From Candidatus Poribacteria bacterium (GTDB lineage Bacteria; Poribacteria; WGA-4E; PCPOR2b), in contig OZ240245.1 in NCBI GenBank assembly GCA_965198175.1, forward strand, positions 4,128,001-4,192,000: DNA of 64,000 nt, in the 5' to 3' direction. This document shows, piece after piece, positions 1 to 9,808 of the stretch. Position 1 is the stretch's first letter. The number at the start of each line of letters is the position of its first letter. Made by a program: the position numbers and the translations under genes. Below the pieces are notes generated by a model. It saw only the letters and a program-made list of their open reading frames with translations. It searched no databases and had not been told where the DNA came from.

Positions 1-956
1 TTTCCGACTTGGCAGGTTGGCAGTTTGATATCGCCTTCGACCCTGCTCGACTTGAAGCTGTTGACGTGATCGAAGGCGATTTCCTGAAGACCGATGGCGG
101 CACGACATTCTTTCAGGATGGGCGCATTGATAACACAGCGGGTAAAATTACAGGGCTTAATGCGGCACTATTTTCAGAACGCGGTGTGGACGGCAGCGGC
201 GCCATCCTTCGGGTGACGTTCAAGACGAAATCTAATGGCGAAACAGCCTTGACATTGCAAAATTTCAAATTCGGGTCTAGCACCGGGGAAATTATCCCCG
301 CGGGACCTCATGAAGTTTACATCACTGTGGAGGAACGGCTGTTGAGCGGGGATGTAAATCGTGACGGTGATGTCGATATTCTAGATCTGATTCTCGTTGC
401 ACGGCAGTTCGGCCAGAGCGTATCCCCCAACTCGGATGTCGATGTTAATGGCGATGGGGAGGTCGACATTTTCGATCTCACGATCGTGGCACGGAGGATT
501 GGCGATACCACGAACGCCGCCGCGCCCGCGATTGGTACAGATAGCGTAGATGCCGCGACGATAGAGACGTGGATCGCGCAGGCACGGCTTGCAGATGATG
601 GTTCAATTGTGTTTCGACAAGGCATAAAAAATCTTGAAGCGCTGCTAGCTGCGCTAATCCCCCGAGAAACCTCGTTGCAACCCAATTACCCGAATCCGTT
701 TAATCCTGAAACCTGGATACCGTATCAGTTGGCAACGCCCGCCGAGGTAACACTAACGATTTATGATATGAACGGTGAAGTGGTTCGGCGTTTGGATGTA
801 GGGCATCAAGCGGCGGGACTGTATCAGAGCCGCAGCCGTGCGGTGTATTGGGATGGTCGCAATCAGCGTGGAGAGTCTGTGGCAAGTGGTCTCTATTTCT
901 ACACGTTGAGGGCAAACGACTTCACCGCGACGCGCAAGATGTTGATAAGAAAATAG
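1..956 (+). CDS. Surface/secreted protein, 5'-truncated by the window edge; cohesin-like, dockerin and FlgD/T9SS-like C-terminal domains
   Basis: Frame is open from base 3 (SDLAGWQF). Cohesin-like beta domain, two EF-hand-like dockerin repeats (GDVNRDGDVDILDL, DVNGDGEVDIFDL), and an [16 protein letters not shown]...WDGRNQRGESVASGLYFY tail. Confidence 0.85.
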   Translation, partial: SDLAGWQFDIAFDPARLEAVDVIEGDFLKTDGGTTFFQDGRIDNTAGKITGLNAALFSERGVDGSGAILRVTFKTKSNGETALTLQNFKFGSSTGEIIPAGPHEVYITVEERLLSGDVNRDGDVDILDLILVARQFGQSVSPNSDVDVNGDGEVDIFDLTIVARRIGDTTNAAAPAIGTDSVDAATIETWIAQARLADDGSIVFRQGIKNLEALLAALIPRETSLQPNYPNPFNPETWIPYQLATPAEVTLTIYDMNGEVVRRLDVGHQAAGLYQSRSRAVYWDGRNQRGESVASGLYFYTLRANDFTATRKMLIRK

Positions 957-961
957 TATCA
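1..961 (+). repeat. Direct repeat copy 1 (~960 bp), paralogous to 4029-4989
   Basis: Colinear at offset 4028 with scattered substitutions. From about 688 to the stop codon I see only one difference (gga/ggc). Confidence 0.95.
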
Positions 962-1028
962 AATGACCAGATGTTGGCTGTCATACCGATAACCTTGGGC
1001 GTAATAAATGCTAATGTCATATTTCATA

Positions 1029-1057
1029 TTGACAGTGTGTAGTAATTCAGTTAATAT
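1029..1057 (+). promoter_or_regulatory. Putative sigma70 promoter
   Basis: TTGACA-17 bp-TAATAT upstream of the 1142 CDS. Confidence 0.55.
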
Positions 1058-1141
1058 TGGACTTTCAGAGGCGTGAATACCCTTTGAAAAGATGTCGTTA
1101 TTCTGGACGCTAAATTGGTTGTTGATTCGGAGATTTTCTAA

Positions 1142-4100
1142 ATGCTTAAGCGCCATTTCGTTTGTACTTTGATTGTGGTTCGGCACCGCATCACGGTTTT
1201 CGCGCTGTTGCTCCTTATTGTGGGGACTCAACATGTATCCGCCCAGTCACAATTAGCTCAAGATGCTTATACCATCTTTGAACAAAACTGTCTTAACTGC
1301 CACGGTCCCGAAGGCGCCTATCGAGACGTACTCCTGATGGAACACGACTTGCTAATCGAAGGGGGTACGGTTATACCGGGCAGCCCCGATGCCTCCGATT
1401 TGTACAAGCGCCTGCTTGGTCCCACTGAGGATGGTGGGTTACAGATGCCACTTGGAACGGAACCTCTGCCCGATCAATCCATTGACATCATTCGACGCTG
1501 GATTTTAGCCGGCGCGCCCGATTGGGCAGCAACGCCCATAATTGATAGTCCCTTCATTTCCCCCGTTGAAATACTTGATACCATTGAATCCCACCTCATG
1601 TCGCTCGCACCCTTTGACCGTGCCTTCGCCCGCTACTTGACACTTACCCATCTCTACAACGCGGGTGAGAGGGTGGAGATACTTCGTGAGTACCGCAAAG
1701 CACTCTCCAAACTAATCAATAGCCTCTCATGGAGGCTTGAAGTCACCAACCCACAACCCATCGACCCGCAACAGACAATATTCTACATCGATCTGCGGCA
1801 CTACGAGTGGGACGTCAATGATGGCTGGACGAAAATAGAAGATGTGTATCCCTATCATATCTCGTTTGACGCACCCGCACAGACCGCGCTGCGGGAACAA
1901 CTGGATCGGTTACAGACGGAGATGAACTGTGTCATACCTTCGGTTCATATTGACTGGTTTCTTGCAACCGCATCTAGCCCGCCACTCTACCACGACCTGC
2001 TTTCTCTGCCGTTGACGGACAGTGAGTTGGAAACCCGATTGGAGGTCAATGTCGACCGAAACCTTACCAATGCACCAGGGGATCGGGTCTGGCGGGCGGG
2101 GTTCAACAATTCGGGTGTCTCTAACAACAACCGAGTGGTAGAACGCCATGCCTCTCGATACGGGGCGTATTGGAAAAGCTATGACTTTGCCGGAAGTATC
2201 GGAACACAGAACATCTTTACACACCCGCTCGATTTCACGCAAGATGGCGGGGAGATTATCTTCAACCTACCAAATGGTTTGCAAGGATACTTAATTGTCG
2301 ATGCTTCCGGTTTCCGGTTGAATGAAGCCCCGATAAACATTGTTTCCAACCCCGCTGCGAGCGACCCGACAGTGCGCAACGGACTTTCCTGTTTTGGTTG
2401 CCACATCGAGGGCATGAATAAATTCGAAGACCAAGTGCGTTCAGCGATTGAGAGTCACGCCAACCCGCCTTACGACAAAGCGCAAGCACTACGACTCTAC
2501 GTTCAAAAGTCAGACTTGGATGCGCGTGTAGAAGAAGATATAAACCGCTACCGTAACGCGCTTGAAGCTACGGGTGGTCAGTTTGGCGGGGTTGAGCCGA
2601 TATCACGTTTCCACGAGGTGTTTCAGGGACCTGTGGACGCGGCATATGCCGCTGCCGTGGTTGGATTGGGGACCGAGACCTTTCTTCAAAATGTTCGTGA
2701 GAAATTAGGGTTACAAAATTTGGGTTTGTTAGCCCTAGATGGTGAGAACGGGAGCATGAAACGGGACGCCTGGACATCTAGTTTTCAAGATGTGCTGAAC
2801 GCGTTGGAGGGTGGAGAGCCTTCCGACGTGACGCCGCCCGATGAGTTGCCGGGTGCATATGTCAATATCCCGGATACGAATCTGCGTGCCGCCATTGCGG
2901 AGACGCTTGGGAAAAGCGCTGATGCACCGATTACCGTGGAGGAGATGAAGGAGTTGACAATCCTTTGGGTGGTGAACAAGGGTGTGCGTGATTTGACAGG
3001 GCTGCAGCATGCAACAAATTTAACTCAGCTCGGGCTCAATCTCAACAGAATATCGGATTTATCGCCACTCGTAGGCTTAACCGAGCTAAATTACCTGCAG
3101 CTTTCTGCCAACAAAATCTCGGACATATCCGGGCTTACAGGATTAACCAAATTAGCATTCTTACAGGTCCATCTGAACGGAATATCGGATGTATCGCCAC
3201 TCGCAGGCTTAACCGGCTTAAACAACCTGAATCTTGGATTCAATGCCATATCGGATGTATCGTCGCTCGCAGGGCTAACCAATTTGGAGTGGTTAGGGGT
3301 CTATAACAATCAAATCTCGGATATATCGCCCCTTGCAGGGCTAACCAACTTAAAGTGGTTAGGGGTCCATAACAACGAAATCACTGACCTTTCGCCGCTA
3401 GCGGGGTTACGCGAAAAAATAACATTCATTTGGCATGGTAATCCCGCGTTCCCCACCGAGGCTCCGAAAATAAAGGGACCATGGTTATGGGTCACAATAC
3501 CGGATACATCGCTGCATAACAATGCGGATTTATTGGCAGAAGCGAGTGGGGACAGAGTAACAGAGGTCGAGATTGCCACCCATGGGGCAACCGCGGGAAA
3601 ATCTGTCGGGGATGATGTGTGGACATCCCGCGGGCTCCCGGCTGCGGGGTGGAAAAACGTTGAGCAAATGCTTGGAGGCCGCATTGATGGCGCCATCGTC
3701 TATGGTACTGTGTCCCTTTATTCACCGCGGCAACAAGATACGACGCTGTATGTTGGCAGCCGCAGCAGTTTTAAGGTGTGGCTGAACGGAGATCTGATTT
3801 ACGAGTCCTTCAGTTACAATTCGTCGGCTGATTACACGGATTTTCTACCGGTCACACTTCGGCAGGGCAAAAATATCTTGCTAGTGGCGATTGAGGCCAG
3901 TTATAACTCCTTTTTTGGGTTTGAACCCGGCACCGAATACACGGTGGCGACCGGTATAAGCTACGCCTTTTCCGATGTGCCAATTTACCTCGGTACTACC
4001 TTTACCTTCGATGTCCGCGCAGAAAATGTCTCCGACTTGGCGGGTTGGCAGTTTGATATCGCCTACGACCCTGCCTTGCTTGAAGCTGTTGACGTGAGCG

Positions 4101-4984
4101 AAGGCGATTTCCTGAAGACCGATGGCGGCACGACATTCTTTCAGGATGGGCGCATTGATAACACAGCGGGTAAAATTACAGGGCTTAATGCGGCACTATT
4201 TTCAGAACGCGGCGTGGACGGCAGCGGCGCCATCCTTCAGGTGACTTTCAAGACGAAATCTAATGGCGAAACAGCCTTGACATTGCAAAATTTCAAATTC
4301 GGGTCTAGTACCGGCGAAATTATCCCTGCGGGACCTCTTGAAGTTTACATCACTGTGGAGGAACGACTACTGAGCGGCGATATAAATCGTGACGGCGATG
4401 TCGATATTCTGGATCTGATTCTCGTTGCACGGCAGTTCGGCCAGAGCGTATCCCCCGACTCGGATGTCGATCTTAATGGCGATGGTGTGGTCGACATTTT
4501 CGATCTCACGATCGTGGCACGGAGGATTGGCGATACCACGAACGCCGCCGCGCCCGCGATTGGAACAGATAGCGTAGACGCCGCGACGATAGAGGCGTGG
4601 ATCGCGCAGGCACGGCTTGCAGATGATGGTTCAATTGTCTTTCGACAAGGCATAAAAAATCTTGAAGCGCTGTTAGCCTCGCTAATCCCCCAAGAGACCT
4701 CGTTGCAACCCAACTACCCGAATCCGTTTAATCCTGAAACCTGGATACCGTATCAGTTGGCAACGCCCGCCGAGGTAACACTAACGATTTATGATATGAA
4801 CGGTGAAGTGGTTCGGCGTTTGGATGTAGGGCATCAAGCGGCGGGACTGTATCAGAGCCGCAGCCGTGCGGTGTATTGGGATGGTCGCAATCAGCGTGGC
4901 GAGTCTGTGGCAAGTGGTCTCTATTTCTACACGTTGAGGGCAAACGACTTCACCGCGACGCGCAAGATGTTGATAAGAAAATAG
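1142..4984 (+). CDS. Secreted multidomain di-haem cytochrome c / LRR / jelly-roll / cohesin / dockerin / FlgD-type protein
   Basis: Signal peptide (..QHVSA|Q). CLNCH in a planctomycete-cytochrome-c-like domain and a second motif CFGCH. Internalin-type LRRs (N.ISDISPLAGLTNL). Same [23 protein letters not shown] tail as the first gene. Confidence 0.85.
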   Translation: MLKRHFVCTLIVVRHRITVFALLLLIVGTQHVSAQSQLAQDAYTIFEQNCLNCHGPEGAYRDVLLMEHDLLIEGGTVIPGSPDASDLYKRLLGPTEDGGLQMPLGTEPLPDQSIDIIRRWILAGAPDWAATPIIDSPFISPVEILDTIESHLMSLAPFDRAFARYLTLTHLYNAGERVEILREYRKALSKLINSLSWRLEVTNPQPIDPQQTIFYIDLRHYEWDVNDGWTKIEDVYPYHISFDAPAQTALREQLDRLQTEMNCVIPSVHIDWFLATASSPPLYHDLLSLPLTDSELETRLEVNVDRNLTNAPGDRVWRAGFNNSGVSNNNRVVERHASRYGAYWKSYDFAGSIGTQNIFTHPLDFTQDGGEIIFNLPNGLQGYLIVDASGFRLNEAPINIVSNPAASDPTVRNGLSCFGCHIEGMNKFEDQVRSAIESHANPPYDKAQALRLYVQKSDLDARVEEDINRYRNALEATGGQFGGVEPISRFHEVFQGPVDAAYAAAVVGLGTETFLQNVREKLGLQNLGLLALDGENGSMKRDAWTSSFQDVLNALEGGEPSDVTPPDELPGAYVNIPDTNLRAAIAETLGKSADAPITVEEMKELTILWVVNKGVRDLTGLQHATNLTQLGLNLNRISDLSPLVGLTELNYLQLSANKISDISGLTGLTKLAFLQVHLNGISDVSPLAGLTGLNNLNLGFNAISDVSSLAGLTNLEWLGVYNNQISDISPLAGLTNLKWLGVHNNEITDLSPLAGLREKITFIWHGNPAFPTEAPKIKGPWLWVTIPDTSLHNNADLLAEASGDRVTEVEIATHGATAGKSVGDDVWTSRGLPAAGWKNVEQMLGGRIDGAIVYGTVSLYSPRQQDTTLYVGSRSSFKVWLNGDLIYESFSYNSSADYTDFLPVTLRQGKNILLVAIEASYNSFFGFEPGTEYTVATGISYAFSDVPIYLGTTFTFDVRAENVSDLAGWQFDIAYDPALLEAVDVSEGDFLKTDGGTTFFQDGRIDNTAGKITGLNAALFSERGVDGSGAILQVTFKTKSNGETALTLQNFKFGSSTGEIIPAGPLEVYITVEERLLSGDINRDGDVDILDLILVARQFGQSVSPDSDVDLNGDGVVDIFDLTIVARRIGDTTNAAAPAIGTDSVDAATIEAWIAQARLADDGSIVFRQGIKNLEALLASLIPQETSLQPNYPNPFNPETWIPYQLATPAEVTLTIYDMNGEVVRRLDVGHQAAGLYQSRSRAVYWDGRNQRGESVASGLYFYTLRANDFTATRKMLIRK
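3045..3410 (+). repeat. 66-bp-period LRR-coding tandem repeats
   Basis: Recurring atatcgga..tatcgcc.ctcg..ggctta acc units encoding 22-aa LRRs. Confidence 0.85.
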
Positions 4985-4989
4985 TATCA
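4029..4989 (+). repeat. Direct repeat copy 2, paralogous to 1-961
   Basis: Direct sequence comparison. Weaker similarity continues ~40 nt into both 3' UTRs (tgaccagatg..gctgt.atacc). Confidence 0.95.
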
Positions 4990-5043
4990 TGTGACCAGAT
5001 GATTGCTGTAATACCAGGAACATTATAAATAAGGAACCCCGAT

Positions 5044-5442
5044 ATGAGCTCCATAAAGGCACTATCGTTTCTGTTTATGCTCTCTGCATGCTTCTTATTT
5101 TGGATTTGGGTATCCGTTTCGAGTAGTCGTGCTTTCCGACTAGAAAAGCTGCCGGACAGAGGAAAAAACTGGAATTGCGCGACATGTCACATCAATCCCG
5201 AGGGCGGCGGCGCACGAAACGCCTTTGGCAAGGACTATGACGCAATTGCTATCCCAGCGGGCGACAGATATACAAAGGAGCTCGGTGGGGCGGACTCGGA
5301 CCGAGACGGCTTCACGAATGATGAGGAGTTCAATGCCAACCCACCAACAAAACCGTGGGATGCCGAATCGCATCCGCCGCCAAGGGCGGTTGAACCTCGT
5401 TTTAAGAAGTTTATGGTGTGGGGAAAACTCAAGAAACGGTGA
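5044..5442 (+). CDS. Small secreted monohaem cytochrome c-like protein with DSDxDG Ca-binding motif
   Basis: Signal peptide, CATCH, GGGARNAFGKDY, DSDRDGFTNDEE, C-terminal AVEPRFKKFMVWGKLKKR. Confidence 0.75.
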   Translation: MSSIKALSFLFMLSACFLFWIWVSVSSSRAFRLEKLPDRGKNWNCATCHINPEGGGARNAFGKDYDAIAIPAGDRYTKELGGADSDRDGFTNDEEFNANPPTKPWDAESHPPPRAVEPRFKKFMVWGKLKKR

Positions 5443-5533
5443 AAATGGCAGGGCTTACGCACTTCCGCTTGCCATACGCAATTGATTGGTTCTCCCCTTA
5501 TGAAGGGCGTGTGACGTGTAGCTTCAATGCCCG

Positions 5534-5604
5534 TTCGGATGGGATTACTTGAGGCATCAGCCGTAATGGAGAGCTGTGTTACGGTGCCATCCGACAAATC
5601 CTAC
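5534..5604. repeat. Nested imperfect palindrome (REP/REPIN-like, possibly a bidirectional terminator) between convergent genes
   Basis: tcggatgg...ccatccga encloses ccgtaa...ttacgg. Confidence 0.4.
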
Positions 5605-5669
5605 AGTACCTTGAGAGTTTAACCGCGAGTGTGCTAACGGATAGCGCTTTTTTCTACAACCCCGATACT

Positions 5670-6248
5670 TCAGTGGGTTTGCGCTCTACGTCTTTGTGCC
5701 TTGCGGGAACGAAGAAGTATTCCATCCAGATGTAAGTGCGTTGCGTACCCAATTACGCTTGCGACATAGAAGGGCAATCCATTTTTGACCAGATCCAGAT
5801 TTCGCGACGATAAAGCATTCCTCCAATCGAACACCTCACTCTCGAAGTAAAATGGTAGAATCAGAAAAATCGCAGGCAACAGGAGCATAGTCAGCCGGGA
5901 ATGCGTCCAACCCCGATGTTTCCCGATGAGCGGTAGCATCGCAAAGAGTCCGAGAAACGCCGATTCGATATAGTGTTCACGCCAAATCAATATCAGGTTA
6001 AACGCGAGAAAGATTCGATAAAAGATGGATTGGCTCTTGCTCCTGATATCTACGTCGGGCCACAATCCTGACAGCACAGCAATCGTGAAACAGCCCCCAA
6101 TCTTCCACGGATCCAAGGAAATGGTTGGATTCCAATTGATTGGGTATTGAAGCGAGAGAGAACCTACCACCGATGCGCTGACTGAGACAATGAAGAAAGC
6201 GCTGTAGGCGACCAGTCCGCCGATGTAATGTTCACGGAAGACACTCAT
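5670..6248 (-). CDS. Membrane metal-dependent hydrolase (YdjM-like)
   Basis: Start MSVFREH; motifs PDVD, KHRGWTHS, GYATHLHLD; several TM segments. Upstream extension of the ORF overlaps phhB and was discarded. Confidence 0.75.
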   Translation of the reverse strand: MSVFREHYIGGLVAYSAFFIVSVSASVVGSLSLQYPINWNPTISLDPWKIGGCFTIAVLSGLWPDVDIRSKSQSIFYRIFLAFNLILIWREHYIESAFLGLFAMLPLIGKHRGWTHSRLTMLLLPAIFLILPFYFESEVFDWRNALSSRNLDLVKNGLPFYVASVIGYATHLHLDGILLRSRKAQRRRAQTH

Positions 6249-6265
6249 AATTGGAAGCCTTAATA

Positions 6266-6610
6266 TTACAACGATGAATAAATCTGATTGGTCTTTGCCG
6301 CCATGATGAAATCGTTGCGATGTAACCCTCTGATTTTGTGTGTCCACCAAGTCACTGTGACTTTGCCCCACTCCGTCAGGATTGCCGGGTGATGTCCTTC
6401 AGATTCCGCCAGTTCACCGATATTGTCGGTAAACGCCAGTGCTTCGGCGAAATTCGAGAAGCGAAACATGTGCTCCAACCGCTTGATGCCCTCTCGCTCG
6501 ATGAGGTGCCATTGGGGAATCTGCGGGTTAAGTTCGGTAATTTCCTCTGCCGTGACCCGCGGTGCGTCACGGCGGCAGGCGACACATTTTTCTTTTGATA
6601 AGTTCGTCAT
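6266..6610 (-). CDS. phhB: Pterin-4-alpha-carbinolamine dehydratase
   Basis: [47 protein letters not shown]. Confidence 0.92.
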   Translation of the reverse strand: MTNLSKEKCVACRRDAPRVTAEEITELNPQIPQWHLIEREGIKRLEHMFRFSNFAEALAFTDNIGELAESEGHHPAILTEWGKVTVTWWTHKIRGLHRNDFIMAAKTNQIYSSL

Positions 6611-6717
6611 CGTGATTTGCCTCCATCCAAATCCGAACTGCAGGATTCAATTTCGTGTCTTCGGTTGTGCTCGAATCTCGCAATAAAAGACGTTTTGTTC
6701 ATATTGTTCAATAAGGA

Positions 6718-6746
6718 ATTTTAACACAAAATTTCGGCGGATTCAA
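6718..6746 (-). promoter_or_regulatory. Putative sigma70 promoter for phhB
   Basis: Minus strand TTGAAT-17 bp-TAAAAT. Confidence 0.55.
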
Positions 6747-6881
6747 CAGAAACGCACCTTTCTGCACTCAGGGGAATTTCGACATTTTTCCGGTCACCGA
6801 TTGTTTTCGAAACCGTTTGTTGGGTTTGAACGTTATACATTAACGCCCCCAAGCAATGAACGGAAGGAGTTGACGATCGCT

Positions 6882-7157
6882 ATGCCAGGAATCGAACCCC
6901 ACAACACAACGGTTAACCCATTGGTGGGACTTTCTTCAGCAGCGCTCTACCTGTACAGCGCACTCGGCGTTTTTCGGAATAAAGACCTTCCTCCCAAAGC
7001 GGAGGAATGGTTTCGCGCCCCCCGGTTGCATCACCGTCTACGACGGTTTGCCAGCCTATCCAAGGAAGAAATCGACCAAGGGTTAGAGGAACTCATGAAA
7101 GCCGAACTATTACAGATGCGCTCTGAAGGTAAGCGATGGTGGTATCGGTTAAACTGA
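6882..7157 (+). CDS. Hypothetical protein, possibly winged-helix
   Basis: AAGGAG upstream of ATG (MPGIEPH). C-terminal EEIDQGLEELMKAELLQMRSEGKRWWYRLN resembles a wHTH wing. Confidence 0.55.
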   Translation: MPGIEPHNTTVNPLVGLSSAALYLYSALGVFRNKDLPPKAEEWFRAPRLHHRLRRFASLSKEEIDQGLEELMKAELLQMRSEGKRWWYRLN

Positions 7158-7181
7158 AGTTTAGGAACTTGACCGTGTAGA

Positions 7182-7787
7182 ATGATTGAGAAATCAGACT
7201 TACTCGAACATTTTCCCAAGATTGTGCTCGCTTCGGCGTCTCCACGGCGCGCGAACTTACTGAAACAGATTGGGCTTGAGTTCCAAATATGTCCAAGCTG
7301 GGTCGACGAATCGGCAATCATTGACACATCGCCCGATACAGCAGTGCAGAAGCTTGCTCTGACAAAGGCTAAAGCCGTTGCAGCAAATCAAAAAAATGGG
7401 CTTGTCATCGGTGCGGACACCGTTGTTGTCATCAATCAGCGGGGCATCGGCAAACCGGAGCACACAGAACACGCAATTGAGATTCTGACGCAACTGAGCG
7501 GAGTGTGCCATGAAGTGATGACTGGCGTCGCCCTTGTGGATCTCGAACGAAGACGTGAGACTGTGTGGCAGGAAAAAACCGTCGTTCAGTTTAGGAAATT
7601 ACATCGACGAGAGATACTAGCGTATGTCCGTAGTGGAGAAGCGTTGGATAAGGCAGGCGCTTACGGCGTTCAAGGGAGAGCGGCTGCCTTTGTCGAACGA
7701 ATCGAAGGCTGTTACTTCAATGTTGTCGGACTACCCTTGGCAAGTTTAGTTGAGCGGCTTTGGGATTTGGTGTTCCATGACGGGTAA
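7182..7787 (+). CDS. maf: Maf family nucleoside triphosphate pyrophosphatase
   Basis: IVLASASPRR, IGADTVV, DKAGAYGVQG, NVVGLP. Confidence 0.93.
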   Translation: MIEKSDLLEHFPKIVLASASPRRANLLKQIGLEFQICPSWVDESAIIDTSPDTAVQKLALTKAKAVAANQKNGLVIGADTVVVINQRGIGKPEHTEHAIEILTQLSGVCHEVMTGVALVDLERRRETVWQEKTVVQFRKLHRREILAYVRSGEALDKAGAYGVQGRAAAFVERIEGCYFNVVGLPLASLVERLWDLVFHDG

Positions 7788-7967
7788 CCGTGCACGAAAC
7801 AAGCGTTGGGATTCGCAGCCGTTCATCACAAACCGCTTTTAATCTGTCCCTGTTATCCTTCCCCTTTTTCTTCCCATTCTCTGAATCCGCCCACGGGTTC
7901 TTGTCGTCAAATTTCACCGCATCGATTCCCCTACCCACGAGTTTCCGTGTTGTGCTTCCGCTTTTTC

Positions 7968-7996
7968 TTGCGCTTCAAGTAGAGATCAGTTATAAT
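7968..7996 (+). promoter_or_regulatory. sigma70 promoter of the rex-hem operon
   Basis: TTGCGC-17 bp-TATAAT. The -10 box overlaps the ORF-track ATG at 7995, which implies a real start at 8031. Confidence 0.65.
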
Positions 7997-8030
7997 GTAT
8001 CAATTTATCACCGTCTTGAAGTTCGATCGA

Positions 8031-8708
8031 ATGCCAGAATCTCGCTCAAATTCTATTCAGTCTGAAGCCATCTCCGAAGGTACGATTCATCGGCTTTCTC
8101 TATACTCCCGACTTCTTGCAACGCTTGAGGAAGAAGGAACGACTGTTGTTTCGTCGAGAGACTTATCAGAACGAATCAGTTTTCCGGCAACTCAGATTCG
8201 GAGAGACCTCGCCTATTTCGGTCAGTTTGGAAAGCGGGGGATTGGTTATGAGGTTTGTGCTCTCGGACGATCGATTAACGAAATTCTCGGCGTTCATGTT
8301 CGCCGAAAAATTGCCCTTGTCGGCGTGGGGAATTTAGGGAGCGCCTTGCTCGGTTACCGCGTTCTTCGTGAACACAATTTTGAAATTATCGCTGCGTTTG
8401 ATAACGATGCCCAAAAGTGGAATCAGGTCATCAACAATGTGGTAATCCATAATCCTGATCGGTTGCCTCAAATGGTCCAATGCGAGCAAATTGAAATTGG
8501 AATCATCGCTGTTCCTCCCCAGGCGGCTCAGAATGTATTAGATATCTTTGTTTTAGCGGGTGTCCGCGCAATCCTTAACTTTGCCCCGGCTCGACTGACG
8601 GCACCTCGCCACATCAAGTTGAGGAACGTCGATTTCTCGATTGAGCTGGAGCGGCTCTCTTACTTTTTGCAACATGAATCCGCGACCACCTCGACATCGG
8701 TCGTTTAA
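8031..8708 (+). CDS. rex: Redox-sensing transcriptional repressor Rex
   Basis: TIHRLSLYSR, QIRRDLAYFGQFGKRGIGY, VGVGNLGSAL, ILNFAP. Confidence 0.95.
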   Translation: MPESRSNSIQSEAISEGTIHRLSLYSRLLATLEEEGTTVVSSRDLSERISFPATQIRRDLAYFGQFGKRGIGYEVCALGRSINEILGVHVRRKIALVGVGNLGSALLGYRVLREHNFEIIAAFDNDAQKWNQVINNVVIHNPDRLPQMVQCEQIEIGIIAVPPQAAQNVLDIFVLAGVRAILNFAPARLTAPRHIKLRNVDFSIELERLSYFLQHESATTSTSVV

Positions 8709-8797
8709 CGGTCCCTGAATGCCCCAACGCCTTTTCTAAATGTGAGCGCACTTTGGCAAAGTCGCGTTAGAGATAAAAGGATGCGAAAAGACTCTGA

Positions 8798-9790
<993 letters not shown>

Positions 9791-9808
9791 ATTTAGAGGA
9801 GCAACCCC

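Noticed and set aside
3045..3410. Regularly spaced repeats as a CRISPR array
   Set aside because: The 66-bp period encodes in-frame LRRs with no unique spacers, and there are no cas genes. The same applies to 48174-49080.
1..4989. 1-961 / 4029-4989 as a DGR template/variable pair
   Set aside because: Mismatches are not adenine-specific (e.g. gctcga/gccttg, atc/agc), both copies are coding, and no RT is present.
7895..8030. Rex operator upstream of rex
   Set aside because: Only half-site-like TCAC matches; no convincing TTGTGAA-N4-TTCACAA palindrome.
7790..8065. 91-aa ORF between maf and rex
   Set aside because: It spans the rex promoter, is low-complexity and pyrimidine-rich, and has no RBS or motif.
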